Assembly: GCA_037917675.1 (NCBI GenBank)
Contig: JAVCBW010000043.1
Location: 6,810-38,809, forward strand
DNA from: Thermoproteota archaeon
Lineage (GTDB): Archaea; Korarchaeota; Korarchaeia; B14-G2
DNA: 32,000 nucleotides
Direction: 5' to 3'
Below are positions 18,259 through 26,362 of the stretch, one piece after another. The notes beneath the pieces are model-generated. The model did no database searches. It was given only the letters and a program-made list of their open reading frames with translations, and was not told the DNA's origin. The position numbers and the translations under genes were made by a program. Every line of letters begins with the position of its first letter. The stretch's first letter is position 1.

Positions 18259-18654
18259 CTAGCTCACCAAGCTTCTTGGCGTCATGAAGATTATAAGCAT
18301 TTGGTATAATAACGGTGTTATATCATCATAATAGTAATACATAATTTCCTAGTATGTGACGAAAAAAGAGCCAAAGATACACGTGATGGGATCTCCCAGC
18401 CATATATCCAGATGCCAGCTATCAGCTAGCCTCTACTAGAATTCAGGAGCCTAGATCTCAGTCCACTGGAGTTTATGAAGTCCGTAAACCGAACCCAGGC
18501 ATATGCTAGCTTCCCTCAGCTCTCCATGCAACAGCCTAGGAACCAGGAGGCAGGGCTCCCCCTGCTATAGCTAGGGTATCTCCTGCTATGAGAATTTAGC
18601 TCCTCTTCTTCCACATGTGGAGCTGGCTTCCTCTGCCTTAGACAGGCAGCTTCC

Positions 18655-20097
18655 CTAGCAGTCCCAGTATTTGATGTACTCCCATGGCGTTATGTAGAGG
18701 GAGTACTCAAGCCACTCCCTCCTCTTGTACTCTAGAAAAGCCTCGGATATATGCTTTCCTAGAGCTCTCTGCAGGACCTCATCTGACTCAAGCTCCTCTA
18801 GGGCCTCCTTCAGGCTGCCTGGCAGCTCTCTTATGCCTAGGCTCCTCCTCTCCTCTGGTGTCATCTTATAGAGGTCTCTGTCGACTGGGTCTCCTGGCTC
18901 AATCTTCTCCTGGACACCATCTAGGCCTGCTGCAACAAGGCATGTGAAGGCCAGATATGGGTTAGCTGAGGGGTCTACTCCCCTATATTCTACTCTCTTC
19001 TCGCTAGTATGCTTACGCCCCTGGTGGTAGACTGGGACCCTAACTAAGGCAGAGCGGTTTGCTCTGCTCCAAGCTATGTAGACTGGAGCTTCAAAGCCTG
19101 GTACAAGCCTCTTATATGAGTTCACTGTCGGAGCACAGACTGCAGTGAGAGCTCTAGCATGGTCTAGTAGGCCTCCTATGAAGTATCTTGCTGTCTGGCT
19201 TAGCTCAGCGTAGCTGTCTTCCTCACTGTACATGAGGTTCTCGCTGCCATGCCAGAGTGAGAGGTGGACATGCATCCCTGAGGCGTTATCCGTGTAGAGG
19301 GGCTTAGGCATGAATGTTGCAACCATCCCGTGGGCTCTAGCTATGTTCTTAACTGCAAACTTATAGTAGACTGTGCTGTCACATGCCTTGAGGAGTGTTG
19401 TACCCTTTATCCCTATCTCAACCTGTCTAGTAGCTACCTCGTGATGGTGCCTTGTGACCTTACACTTAAACCACTCTTCTAGTGCTCTGGAGATCTCGTT
19501 TCTCAGCTCTAAGGTCGTATCCTCTGGTGGTGCCCTGAGGTAGCCGTCCTTGGGGGCTGCTGTGATCCCTAGGCTGCTACCTAGCTCAGGTGAGGCTGGG
19601 AGCGCTCCTGGAGAACCCTTCGAGTCCTCTGCTCCATGCCAGGTAGCCCAGAGGCTCCAGCTCAGCTTTGTGAAGTCTACTCTACTGAATAGGAAGAACT
19701 CGACTTCAGGGCCGACTATGGCTTTAAGCTCCTGCTCCTCCAGCTTCTTCTCAAGTGCCATTGCGCAGCTCCTCGGACACCCAGTGAAAGGCTCTGTGCT
19801 GCCAGGCCTGTAGACTGATCCTAGGGCTATGGCAGCTGGCATGCTATTGAGAGTCCAGGGTAGAACTCTTAGTGTTGAGAGGTCTAGCCTCAGTACCATA
19901 TCAGACTCATCTATCGCGGCCAGCCCAGGGACTGAGGAGCCATCAAAGCCTACTCCCTCAGTGGCATATAGCTCTAGGTTTTCAGCTGGAACTGAGAGAG
20001 AGTAGAGTCTCCCTCTGATGTCTACTAGAGAAGCTAGGATCCACTTCACTCTATGCTCTTCTACTAGCTTCTCAGCCTCCAGCAGGTACCTGTCCAA
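18655..20097 (-). CDS. glnA: Glutamine synthetase type I
   Basis: GPEVEFFLF, HHEVATRQVEI, NASGMHVHLSLW, NSYKRLVPGFEAPVY, RVEYRGVDPSANPYL. It starts with TTG. Confidence 0.92.
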   Translation of the reverse strand: MDRYLLEAEKLVEEHRVKWILASLVDIRGRLYSLSVPAENLELYATEGVGFDGSSVPGLAAIDESDMVLRLDLSTLRVLPWTLNSMPAAIALGSVYRPGSTEPFTGCPRSCAMALEKKLEEQELKAIVGPEVEFFLFSRVDFTKLSWSLWATWHGAEDSKGSPGALPASPELGSSLGITAAPKDGYLRAPPEDTTLELRNEISRALEEWFKCKVTRHHHEVATRQVEIGIKGTTLLKACDSTVYYKFAVKNIARAHGMVATFMPKPLYTDNASGMHVHLSLWHGSENLMYSEEDSYAELSQTARYFIGGLLDHARALTAVCAPTVNSYKRLVPGFEAPVYIAWSRANRSALVRVPVYHQGRKHTSEKRVEYRGVDPSANPYLAFTCLVAAGLDGVQEKIEPGDPVDRDLYKMTPEERRSLGIRELPGSLKEALEELESDEVLQRALGKHISEAFLEYKRREWLEYSLYITPWEYIKYWDC

Positions 20098-20126
20098 CAG
20101 AGCCTCTTATCCCCTCGATATCGTAT

Positions 20127-20134
20127 GATTTAAG
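20127..20134 (-). promoter_or_regulatory. TATA-like box for glnA
   Basis: The minus strand reads CTTAAATC about 30 nt upstream of the TTG start at 20097. Confidence 0.4.
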
Positions 20135-20144
20135 CTTTACTGTT

Positions 20145-20159
20145 ATGGACATTGTCCAT
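20145..20159. promoter_or_regulatory. Perfect 15-bp palindrome ATGGACATTGTCCAT in the glnA/lrp divergent intergenic region
   Basis: The inverted repeat (7-1-7) is exact and was checked base by base. It lies just upstream of the putative glnA TATA box and about 33 nt upstream of the lrp TATA box. This is a candidate Lrp-type operator. Confidence 0.4.
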
Positions 20160-20191
20160 TCAAGCATATAATCCATGTAGCTGGTGAGATG

Positions 20192-20199
20192 TTTTTAAG
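20192..20199 (+). promoter_or_regulatory. TATA-like box for the divergent Lrp gene
   Basis: TTTTTAAG ends 29 nt upstream of the TTG start at 20228. Confidence 0.45.
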
Positions 20200-20227
20200 C
20201 TAGCTTGACATCATTGCTAGGGTCTGC

Positions 20228-20668
20228 TTGGATGAGCTTGATCGAAAGATACTCAAGCATCTGATCGCAGATGGGAGAGCAAGCTACAGAGAGATATCGA
20301 AGCATATAGGTGCTCCACCAGCTACAGTCCATGCTAGAGTGAAGAGGCTCATGAGCCTTGGTGTGATAAGGGGCTTCACACCAGTCATAGACCCAGCGAA
20401 GCTCGGCTTAGAGCTAACTGCCCTCATACTCGTCAGGGCTAGCGGCCCCCACCTAGTTGAGGTGGAGAAGGACATAGCTGAGTACGAGAATGTCTGTGCA
20501 GTCTATGACATAACTGGGGAATATGACATAGCAGTGATAGCTAGGTTCAAGGGGAGGAGGGAGCTCAACGACTTCATCAAAAAGCTGCTCTCCCATAGGC
20601 ATGTCGAGAGGACTGTCACCTCAATTGTGCTTAACGTTGTGAAAGAGGACTTCATACCAAAGCCTTGA
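20228..20668 (+). CDS. Lrp/AsnC family transcriptional regulator
   Basis: DELDRKILKHLIADGRASYREISKHIGAPPATVHARVKRLMSLGVIRGF plus a C-terminal ligand-binding fold. It starts with TTG. Confidence 0.9.
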   Translation: MDELDRKILKHLIADGRASYREISKHIGAPPATVHARVKRLMSLGVIRGFTPVIDPAKLGLELTALILVRASGPHLVEVEKDIAEYENVCAVYDITGEYDIAVIARFKGRRELNDFIKKLLSHRHVERTVTSIVLNVVKEDFIPKP

Positions 20669-20731
20669 GCACTCCAGAGCACCCCATAGAGCTCAGGTGA
20701 AGTCGCAGATGCAAGCTATGCTCATGTACAG

Positions 20732-21397
20732 CTAGAGCTCTCTCCTAGGCCACATGAGCAAGATCCCTATGGCTAAGAGGGATAGAGCAGCCAGCTTGAA
20801 TAGGGGGTGTGAGAAGTTGACCTTAACACCTCGAACCGCAGATATAGCGAGGATGACGCTAGCTTCCTTGCTAGACTTGTTCGCTATCTCAAGCTTGATT
20901 GGAGTCTGCCCGCTAGCTCTGAGTACATATGTGCCCCTACATGTGCTCTCCTCCTCTATGAGCGTGGCGTTTTCCTCTCCGATGGTGATTTCGAGTGGGA
21001 GGGTAGAGCTGACTTCAAGCTTCAACTCTACTCCAGGCTTAGCTGATATGTTCTTAGCCCACCTCGACCCACTAGCAAGTATTAGGGGCGTCCTTTCAAG
21101 CTGAAGCTCCCAGCTCAGCATGGCTGGCGTGACATGGCTAAAGCTCAGGTATGTCAAGAGAAGCGCTACAGCCACTAGAGGAGCATACCTCACATTAACT
21201 CTCCTAGGCCTCCTGGCTGCAAGGAGCTTCCTCTCAACAGAATCCACCTTGGCTAGGAGCTCACGGGCAAGCTCCTTAAACTCCCTATCACTTAGCAGCC
21301 CCTGAGAGCGCATGCTCTTGAGCTGCCTATAGGCCTGTTGGGCTTCAGCTAGCTCCCTCTCGAGGTCCTCAATCAGAGCACGGTGGTATTCACTCAA
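20732..21397 (-). CDS. Hypothetical bitopic membrane protein with an N-terminal coiled-coil/SHOCT-like motif
   Basis: LKSMRSQGLLSDREFKELARELLAKV resembles a SHOCT motif. One TM segment follows (APLVAVALLLTYLSF), then a beta-rich segment, then a C-terminal TM segment (LAALSLLAIGILLMW). Confidence 0.55.
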   Translation of the reverse strand: MSEYHRALIEDLERELAEAQQAYRQLKSMRSQGLLSDREFKELARELLAKVDSVERKLLAARRPRRVNVRYAPLVAVALLLTYLSFSHVTPAMLSWELQLERTPLILASGSRWAKNISAKPGVELKLEVSSTLPLEITIGEENATLIEEESTCRGTYVLRASGQTPIKLEIANKSSKEASVILAISAVRGVKVNFSHPLFKLAALSLLAIGILLMWPRREL

Positions 21398-21446
21398 GCT
21401 AACCTACCCATGTGGAGCTCTGAGATAAGCTTTACGCTATTAGGGT

Positions 21447-22118
21447 TCATGTGCCCTGCTGGAGCAGCTGGCTGAGGTAGGCTGGGAGCTCCCATATGCC
21501 AGCTAGAACAGCCTTAGCTCCATGCTCTAGCAGCCTCTGCTCAGGCTCAAACCCTGTCCTCACAGCTACTGGGTGAACTCCAGCTCTCCTAGCTGACTCC
21601 ATGTCAACCCAGTAGTCGCCGACAAGCAAGGCTGCATCTGGGTCTACATTAAACTGTCTTAGTGCAAGCCTTATCATCTCAGTCTTAGACCACGTGTGCT
21701 CTTCTCCTCTACTACAGTCAGCCATCGTTATGACGCTATCTACGAGGTATGCTAGCCTATGCTGCTCTAGCTCTCTCCATATTGCTGCTGGGCTGCACTC
21801 TCTGCCAGTGGTGACAGCTACCTTGAGCCCTCTCTCCCTCAGCCACCTCAAAGCCTTCTCTGAGCCATAGTAGGCTCTGTCCAGTGGGTGAGTTATGCTA
21901 CAGACTCTCCTCCTAAACTCGATCCAGAAGCTCCTGCTGTCACCTGGTATAAGCTGGTCTAGTGTGTCATCAGAGTACATCCTGATGAACTTAGGCCAGT
22001 CTACTCTTGAGGCACCGAGCTCCTCTAGCATAGTGTTGAAGACCAGGTGAAACCTGTGTATTGTGTCTATGAGAGTCTGGTCTAAGTCTAGGATCACGAG
22101 GCTAATCAAGCAGACCAC
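21447..22118 (-). CDS. HAD-superfamily hydrolase
   Basis: Motif I is ILDLDQTLIDT. It also has VTTGR, and motif IV is VGDYWVDMESARRAG. The start could be GTG 22118 or TTG 9 nt downstream. Confidence 0.8.
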   Translation of the reverse strand: MVCLISLVILDLDQTLIDTIHRFHLVFNTMLEELGASRVDWPKFIRMYSDDTLDQLIPGDSRSFWIEFRRRVCSITHPLDRAYYGSEKALRWLRERGLKVAVTTGRECSPAAIWRELEQHRLAYLVDSVITMADCSRGEEHTWSKTEMIRLALRQFNVDPDAALLVGDYWVDMESARRAGVHPVAVRTGFEPEQRLLEHGAKAVLAGIWELPAYLSQLLQQGT

Positions 22119-22692
22119 TCAGCTTCAGCCTTTCACCTGGCTTAAGCAGCCTCGCCTCGAGCCCAGCCTTCCTAAGCTCATCCACGAGCCCAAGAGCCCT
22201 ATCCACATGCTTCTCTAGGCTATAGTGCACTGGGATAACGAGCTTAGGCTTCACCCTAAGCATGCTCTCAACATACCTCTCATAGTACTCTGGGTAGCAT
22301 GCTGTGAAGGCCACTATAGCTCTAGTACTCGGGAAGTCAGCTGCATCACCAGCATGAAGCACACCATCAGCTAGGTAAGCTATGCACTCAGCTGCCTTCC
22401 AGCACTCTACCCTAAAGGCCTTTATCCCCTCGAACTCGTCTCCGCCCTCAACTGGAGTCCCCTGAATCCCATAGGCCTCCAGGGTGCTTCTAGGTGCATA
22501 GACCCTGGTATCAGGCTTCCTAGCTCTAGCAAGGTGAACTAAGTCGATGTGGTCACTATGCTCATGTGTGATCAGGACTATGTCAGCTGGAGCCTCAGGC
22601 TCCACAGTATAGCAGGGGTCTATCAGAATCCTCCTAGAGCTCACAACCTCTACACAAGAGTTCCCAAGCCACCTGACCTCTAGCATAGGCAC
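22102..22692 (-). CDS. MBL-fold metallo-hydrolase
   Basis: LITHEHSDHID is the HxHxDH motif. A downstream His/Asp ligand pattern is also present. ATG 22686 is an alternative start. It overlaps the HAD gene by 17 nt. Confidence 0.8.
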   Translation of the reverse strand: MPMLEVRWLGNSCVEVVSSRRILIDPCYTVEPEAPADIVLITHEHSDHIDLVHLARARKPDTRVYAPRSTLEAYGIQGTPVEGGDEFEGIKAFRVECWKAAECIAYLADGVLHAGDAADFPSTRAIVAFTACYPEYYERYVESMLRVKPKLVIPVHYSLEKHVDRALGLVDELRKAGLEARLLKPGERLKLSGLLD

Positions 22693-22720
22693 CTAAGCCC
22701 TAGGTGCGAGGTGACTTAAA

Positions 22721-23521
22721 TTAGCTGAGGTAAGCTAGCTTCCTTGAGAGGGCTATGGCAGCTAGAGCATAGGCTAATGCAGCTGCCCCCTCTATGGCTG
22801 CCACCCTTAAGCCGCCTGCCTTGACCACTACATCTAGCATCCTGATGTCTAGAGCATTATCTCCAGCTAGGAAGTGGAGTATGATAGGAGCTGTGAGAGA
22901 CCTCGTATGCTCATATATGAAGCCTGCTATAAGCCCGAAGTAGGCTGTGTAAGCCACATAGTGTGCTGCATACCAGCTCAGCAGCCCATGGCCATAGTAG
23001 GCTGCCCAGACGAGATGCCATAGGCCAAAGAGCATAGCCTGAGCTGCATTAGCTTTCAGCCATCCAATGCACTCTGCTAAGCTCGTCTGGAGAGCTCCCC
23101 TGAAGAGCCCTTCTTCACATGGCATGTTGAGCACTAGCATGGCTATAATCAGCCACTCGCTTCTGCTCGCTGGGTTGAAGCCTATCCTAAAGCTGAGCTC
23201 CCAGCTCCCACCTGTAGCCCAAGCTTCAGCAGCTGGAGCAAACCCCTCGAATACAAGCATATAGAGTGCTGTGAGCAGAAGTCCTAGCATTGTATACCTC
23301 CAGACCCCTCGTGTAGTGAAGCCTATGGTACCCCAGCCTATACCTGAGGCTGCGACATAGCATACTAGAGCTAGCGTCCCAGCTAGCTTAGAAAGTATTA
23401 TCCCTCCAGGCTCACCAGGGGAGTTCAAGATGAATATGTCAGCCCATCTAGCTGCTGCAGCAGCAGCTAGGGCCCCGAAGGCCCCTAAGGCAAGCTTCTG
23501 CTCTCTCCTCAGCTCCCCCAC
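22721..23521 (-). CDS. CPBP-family (CAAX/Abi) intramembrane glutamic endopeptidase
   Basis: A polytopic membrane protein with EEGLFRGALQ (EExxxR), FGLWH (FxxxH) and ILHFLAGDN (HxxxN/D). Confidence 0.8.
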   Translation of the reverse strand: MGELRREQKLALGAFGALAAAAAARWADIFILNSPGEPGGIILSKLAGTLALVCYVAASGIGWGTIGFTTRGVWRYTMLGLLLTALYMLVFEGFAPAAEAWATGGSWELSFRIGFNPASRSEWLIIAMLVLNMPCEEGLFRGALQTSLAECIGWLKANAAQAMLFGLWHLVWAAYYGHGLLSWYAAHYVAYTAYFGLIAGFIYEHTRSLTAPIILHFLAGDNALDIRMLDVVVKAGGLRVAAIEGAAALAYALAAIALSRKLAYLS

Positions 23522-23697
23522 CTCCAGGCAATGGCTCCAGCTGCTAGCGTAGCCAGGTAGACTAGCTCAGTGAAGCCAGCTGGCAAAAGCACACGTGAGA
23601 AGACGGCAGCTGCCATGGCTGCCAAGAGTGCCCTGCTCAAATAGACCCCTAGCAGGAGCAAGCTGAAATTAAAGTTAACCACTAGAAGGTTGGTCAC
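23509..23697 (-). CDS. Hypothetical small membrane protein (62 aa)
   Basis: It has two hydrophobic segments and overlaps the CPBP gene start by 13 nt. It could be a separate coupled gene or a detached N-terminus. It has no motif support. Confidence 0.3.
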   Translation of the reverse strand: MTNLLVVNFNFSLLLLGVYLSRALLAAMAAAVFSRVLLPAGFTELVYLATLAAGAIAWRWGS

Positions 23698-23699
23698 AT

Positions 23700-24905
23700 A
23701 TGAGGCATAGACTCCTTGACCCGAAGGCTGTCTTCACAGCTGGAAACATCCTCTATTTCACTCTGGCAGCTACCGGAGTGGCTAGCAGCATCTATAAGCC
23801 CCCCTTCAGCCCAAGCCCCCATGCTCTGAGGCTAGCTGCCCTAGCTGCCATAGCTGGGAGCTTATCATTCACCCTTGCAGCTGAGGCTGGAGCTCGCCTT
23901 GCAGGCAGGGACCTCAGGCTCCTGTCGCCGCCAGCAGCCTTAGCCTTCACAGCTCTCCTAGCTAAAGCAGCGGCTCAGGCAGGCATCCTAGCTGAGGTGC
24001 TGCCTGCAGCTGCTGTCTGCCTCCTCATGCCCCTCTGGAGGCTTGAGGAAGCTGACAGCTTAGCCTCTATCCTAGCTGGAGTAGCTCTGATGCTCCTCGG
24101 CTTCAAGGAGGCTGGTGGCATACCCATGCTAGACGCTAGAGCAGCTAGCCTATACAATGCTAGCTTCACGAGAGCTTTCTCATACACGCTCCTAGCATTC
24201 GGATGTGCTCTATGGGCTACACTAGAGGGCAGCTCTCTGAGGAGGGTCACACCAGCCTTCATGTCAGCTGCCCTGCTAGCCTTAACAGGCTCCAGAGCAG
24301 ACCAAGCTGGGGTCTTGGCTTCAGCAGCTGCCTCAGCTTGGCTGTCCAGGGGCATAGGGCCTCTAGGCCTCATGCTGATGGCCTTAGCCTGCATAGTACC
24401 GCTAGCTGTACTTGAGGTCCCAAGCTGGCTCGGAAGCTATGCTGGCTTAAAGTACCTCCTCTATAGGCCATCAACTACAGTCTACTCATTTCTCAAGCTA
24501 GCTAGCTACGCTGGTGAGGGAGATGGTAGAGCTCTACTCACCCTGAGAGGGAGAGCTGCTGTAGCAGAGTATGTTGGAGCTGAGCCAGGTAAAAGCGTAG
24601 CCTCAACCTGGTTTGGGCCTCCACTACTAGACTATGGCCTCCCTGGAGTCATATTAGTGCTAGCCTTCATAGGCTTCACCCTAGGCCTAGGGTATGGGAG
24701 GCTTCTCAGAGAGGAAAGCAAGCTCAGAAGGAGGCTCCTAGCCTCAACCTACTCACTTGGCTTAGCTCAGCTAGCAATATGCCTAGACTTCGGCCCAGAC
24801 CTAGCTGTGCTAGCAGGCTACATGCTGCTAGCCTACATATACACTGCAGCACGCTACGAGCCTGGACTCACCTCTAGGCTACAAAAGCTGCTAAGGCGAG
24901 CCTGA
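23700..24905 (+). CDS. Polytopic membrane protein with weak O-antigen-ligase/Wzy_C-like motifs
   Basis: It has about 10 hydrophobic segments. ALLALTGSRADQAGVLASAAA and TWFGPPLLDYGLPGVILVLAF resemble the SRG... and ...NxxLxxxxExG segments of Wzy_C proteins. This is a weak call. Confidence 0.55.
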   Translation: MRHRLLDPKAVFTAGNILYFTLAATGVASSIYKPPFSPSPHALRLAALAAIAGSLSFTLAAEAGARLAGRDLRLLSPPAALAFTALLAKAAAQAGILAEVLPAAAVCLLMPLWRLEEADSLASILAGVALMLLGFKEAGGIPMLDARAASLYNASFTRAFSYTLLAFGCALWATLEGSSLRRVTPAFMSAALLALTGSRADQAGVLASAAASAWLSRGIGPLGLMLMALACIVPLAVLEVPSWLGSYAGLKYLLYRPSTTVYSFLKLASYAGEGDGRALLTLRGRAAVAEYVGAEPGKSVASTWFGPPLLDYGLPGVILVLAFIGFTLGLGYGRLLREESKLRRRLLASTYSLGLAQLAICLDFGPDLAVLAGYMLLAYIYTAARYEPGLTSRLQKLLRRA

Positions 24906-25503
24906 AGGTGGAGCTGGAGGCTATGTGAGATAGAACATACCTAGCATAGCATACCTCTCTCAGCACGTCGACTGAAGCCACAGCAACTGAGTACTGTAGC
25001 TCCAGCTTAAGCCACTACCTCAACAACCATGATGCAGCCTAGATACCGGTTACTGCCTTCTCTATATGGGAGCTGCACGCTCTGGCTCAGCCCCTGTAAC
25101 CTAAGATGGCCTCAGCTTCTCCACTAGCTTCACACCAGCCTCATAGGTCTTGAGCTCAGCTTGCTCCATAGATGCTGAAAGCACCTCAACTCTACCGCCA
25201 CACCAGGGTGTAAACAGGGTAAGCTCTGCCAAAGCCGCCTCTACCAGCTTTGCCCAGCCACATGTTGATACTATGGCTAGTGGATGCATCTGGTTCAGGT
25301 CTATAGGCTGTACTAGCTTGAGCTTGCTGCCAGCTACCTCATAGAATAGGAAGGCCCTAGATTACTGGTGTAGTGAGGAGTGCTATTGCCTGCTGGATGC
25401 CTACTTCACTACAGCCTCTAACCTCAGCTTGCACACTATCCTGAGAGCTTCTGCTATCATCAATGTAGCTGTCTGTCAGCTTCACTGCCAGATGGATCAG
25501 GGT

Positions 25504-26061
25504 TTAGAGCGCTGATAACAAGTAATGATACAGGTCTAACATGAATCTCAAGGCCTCAGACCTCTGAGGTGTTTCATCAACTATCACTTTCCCTGGAAAA
25601 ACCTCATCAAATAACCTCTTATCGACGTAGAATCCTATTTCAACTAAACGCTTACATATCGCGTTGGGTGTTTCCGCTAAGATACCGTTCTCATATAGCT
25701 TCTTGAGTATTGAAAGAGCTCCTATAACTTCTAAGCCTAGCTCTCTAGCTAGTCTTCGAGCTCTTCATCTAGGACAACGATCTTACCTTTTGTTAGGGCT
25801 AGGAGTATGGCTGATGACTCGCCGACACCTAGTCTTGGAAGTCTTCTCTTAACATTTTCGACGTGCATCCTGTCTTCATCGATAGCTCTTGTAAGCTCCT
25901 GGTATACCTCGTCCCTCCTCTCCTCCAACTCCTCTAATACTCCACTGGGAACCTCTACCTCGCTAAACAGGTTAAGGGCCTCATTTAGAATCCCCAGCTT
26001 AACCAAATACTATTATCGGGGACGTGTTAAGTACTACTCTTAAAGATCTCCTTGTATGCAT
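25504..26061 (-). pseudogene. DUF3368-type PIN-domain toxin, two frameshifts
   Basis: Frame X from ATG 26061: MHTRRSLRVVLNTSPIIVFG*. Track ORF 25749..26006: (M)VKLGILNEALNLFSEVEVPSGVLEEL...LGVGESSAILLALTKGKIVVLDE. Third frame: RARRLARELGLEVIGALSILKKLYENGILAETPNAICKRLVEIGFYVDKRLFDEV...*. Joined together these give the full DUF3368 pattern (SPlI...vP..V..E...GE..aI.LA...DD..AR..A..lGl.v.Gt). Confidence 0.6.
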
Positions 26062-26212
26062 CTAGTTCTTCCTCAACCTCCTCAAGTACACTGTACTTAA
26101 CTCCAAGTCTATGCACGAGGATCCAGAGATTGTCAGCTCTTAAACCTAATAACTCGGCTGCTTTACCCGATGAGATCCTGCCTTTACCCAATGAAAGATC
26201 TTCTTGTATGCT
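26027..26212 (-). pseudogene. UPF0175-family antitoxin remnant (N-terminally truncated)
   Basis: The minus strand reads SIQEDLSLGKGRISSGKAAELLGLRADNLWILVHRLGVKYSVLEEVEEELDAYKEIFKSST*, which is the C-terminal HTH half of UPF0175. An in-frame TGA lies immediately upstream, and about 35 N-terminal residues are missing. Its 3' end overlaps the PIN gene start, as in toxin-antitoxin operons. Confidence 0.5.
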
Positions 26213-26362
26213 TCAGTGGGGTAGGTAGCTCAGATATCCTCGCTGAGGAGCTAAGCAGCTAGCTGGAATGCTGCTGCCAGCAGCATAGCTTGAATCTTCA
26301 TGCTACATGCCAGGTCAGCTTCACTTTAATACCCTGCCTCTAGCGCTCTTGAGGGTGCTATC

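Noticed and set aside
18484-18500. GGGTTCGG on the minus strand, resembling a tRNA T-loop
   Set aside because: The flanking sequence cannot form a T-stem, an acceptor stem or an anticodon arm. I recognised no tRNA anywhere in the window.
25101-25500. Minus-strand protein-like fragments: ...LIHLAVKLTDSYIDD...IQQAIALLTTPVI* and then, in another frame, FLFYEVAGSKLKLVQPIDLNQMHPLAIVSTCGWAKLVEAALAELTLFTPWCGGRVEVLSASMEQAELKTYEAGVKLVEKLRPS*
   Set aside because: This is probably another frameshifted gene remnant. I could not recognise the family or define its ends, so it is not reported as a feature.
25554-25569. Palindrome CCTCAGA-CC-TCTGAGG
   Set aside because: It lies inside the decayed PIN gene coding sequence and is explained by the codons for PQRSEA. 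There is no independent support for it.
745-26212. Explaining all frameshifts as assembly or sequencing errors
   Set aside because: This is not excluded. It is disfavoured because every long core gene is intact, while six short accessory genes carry one or two lesions each, plus a truncation. Read-level data are needed to settle it.
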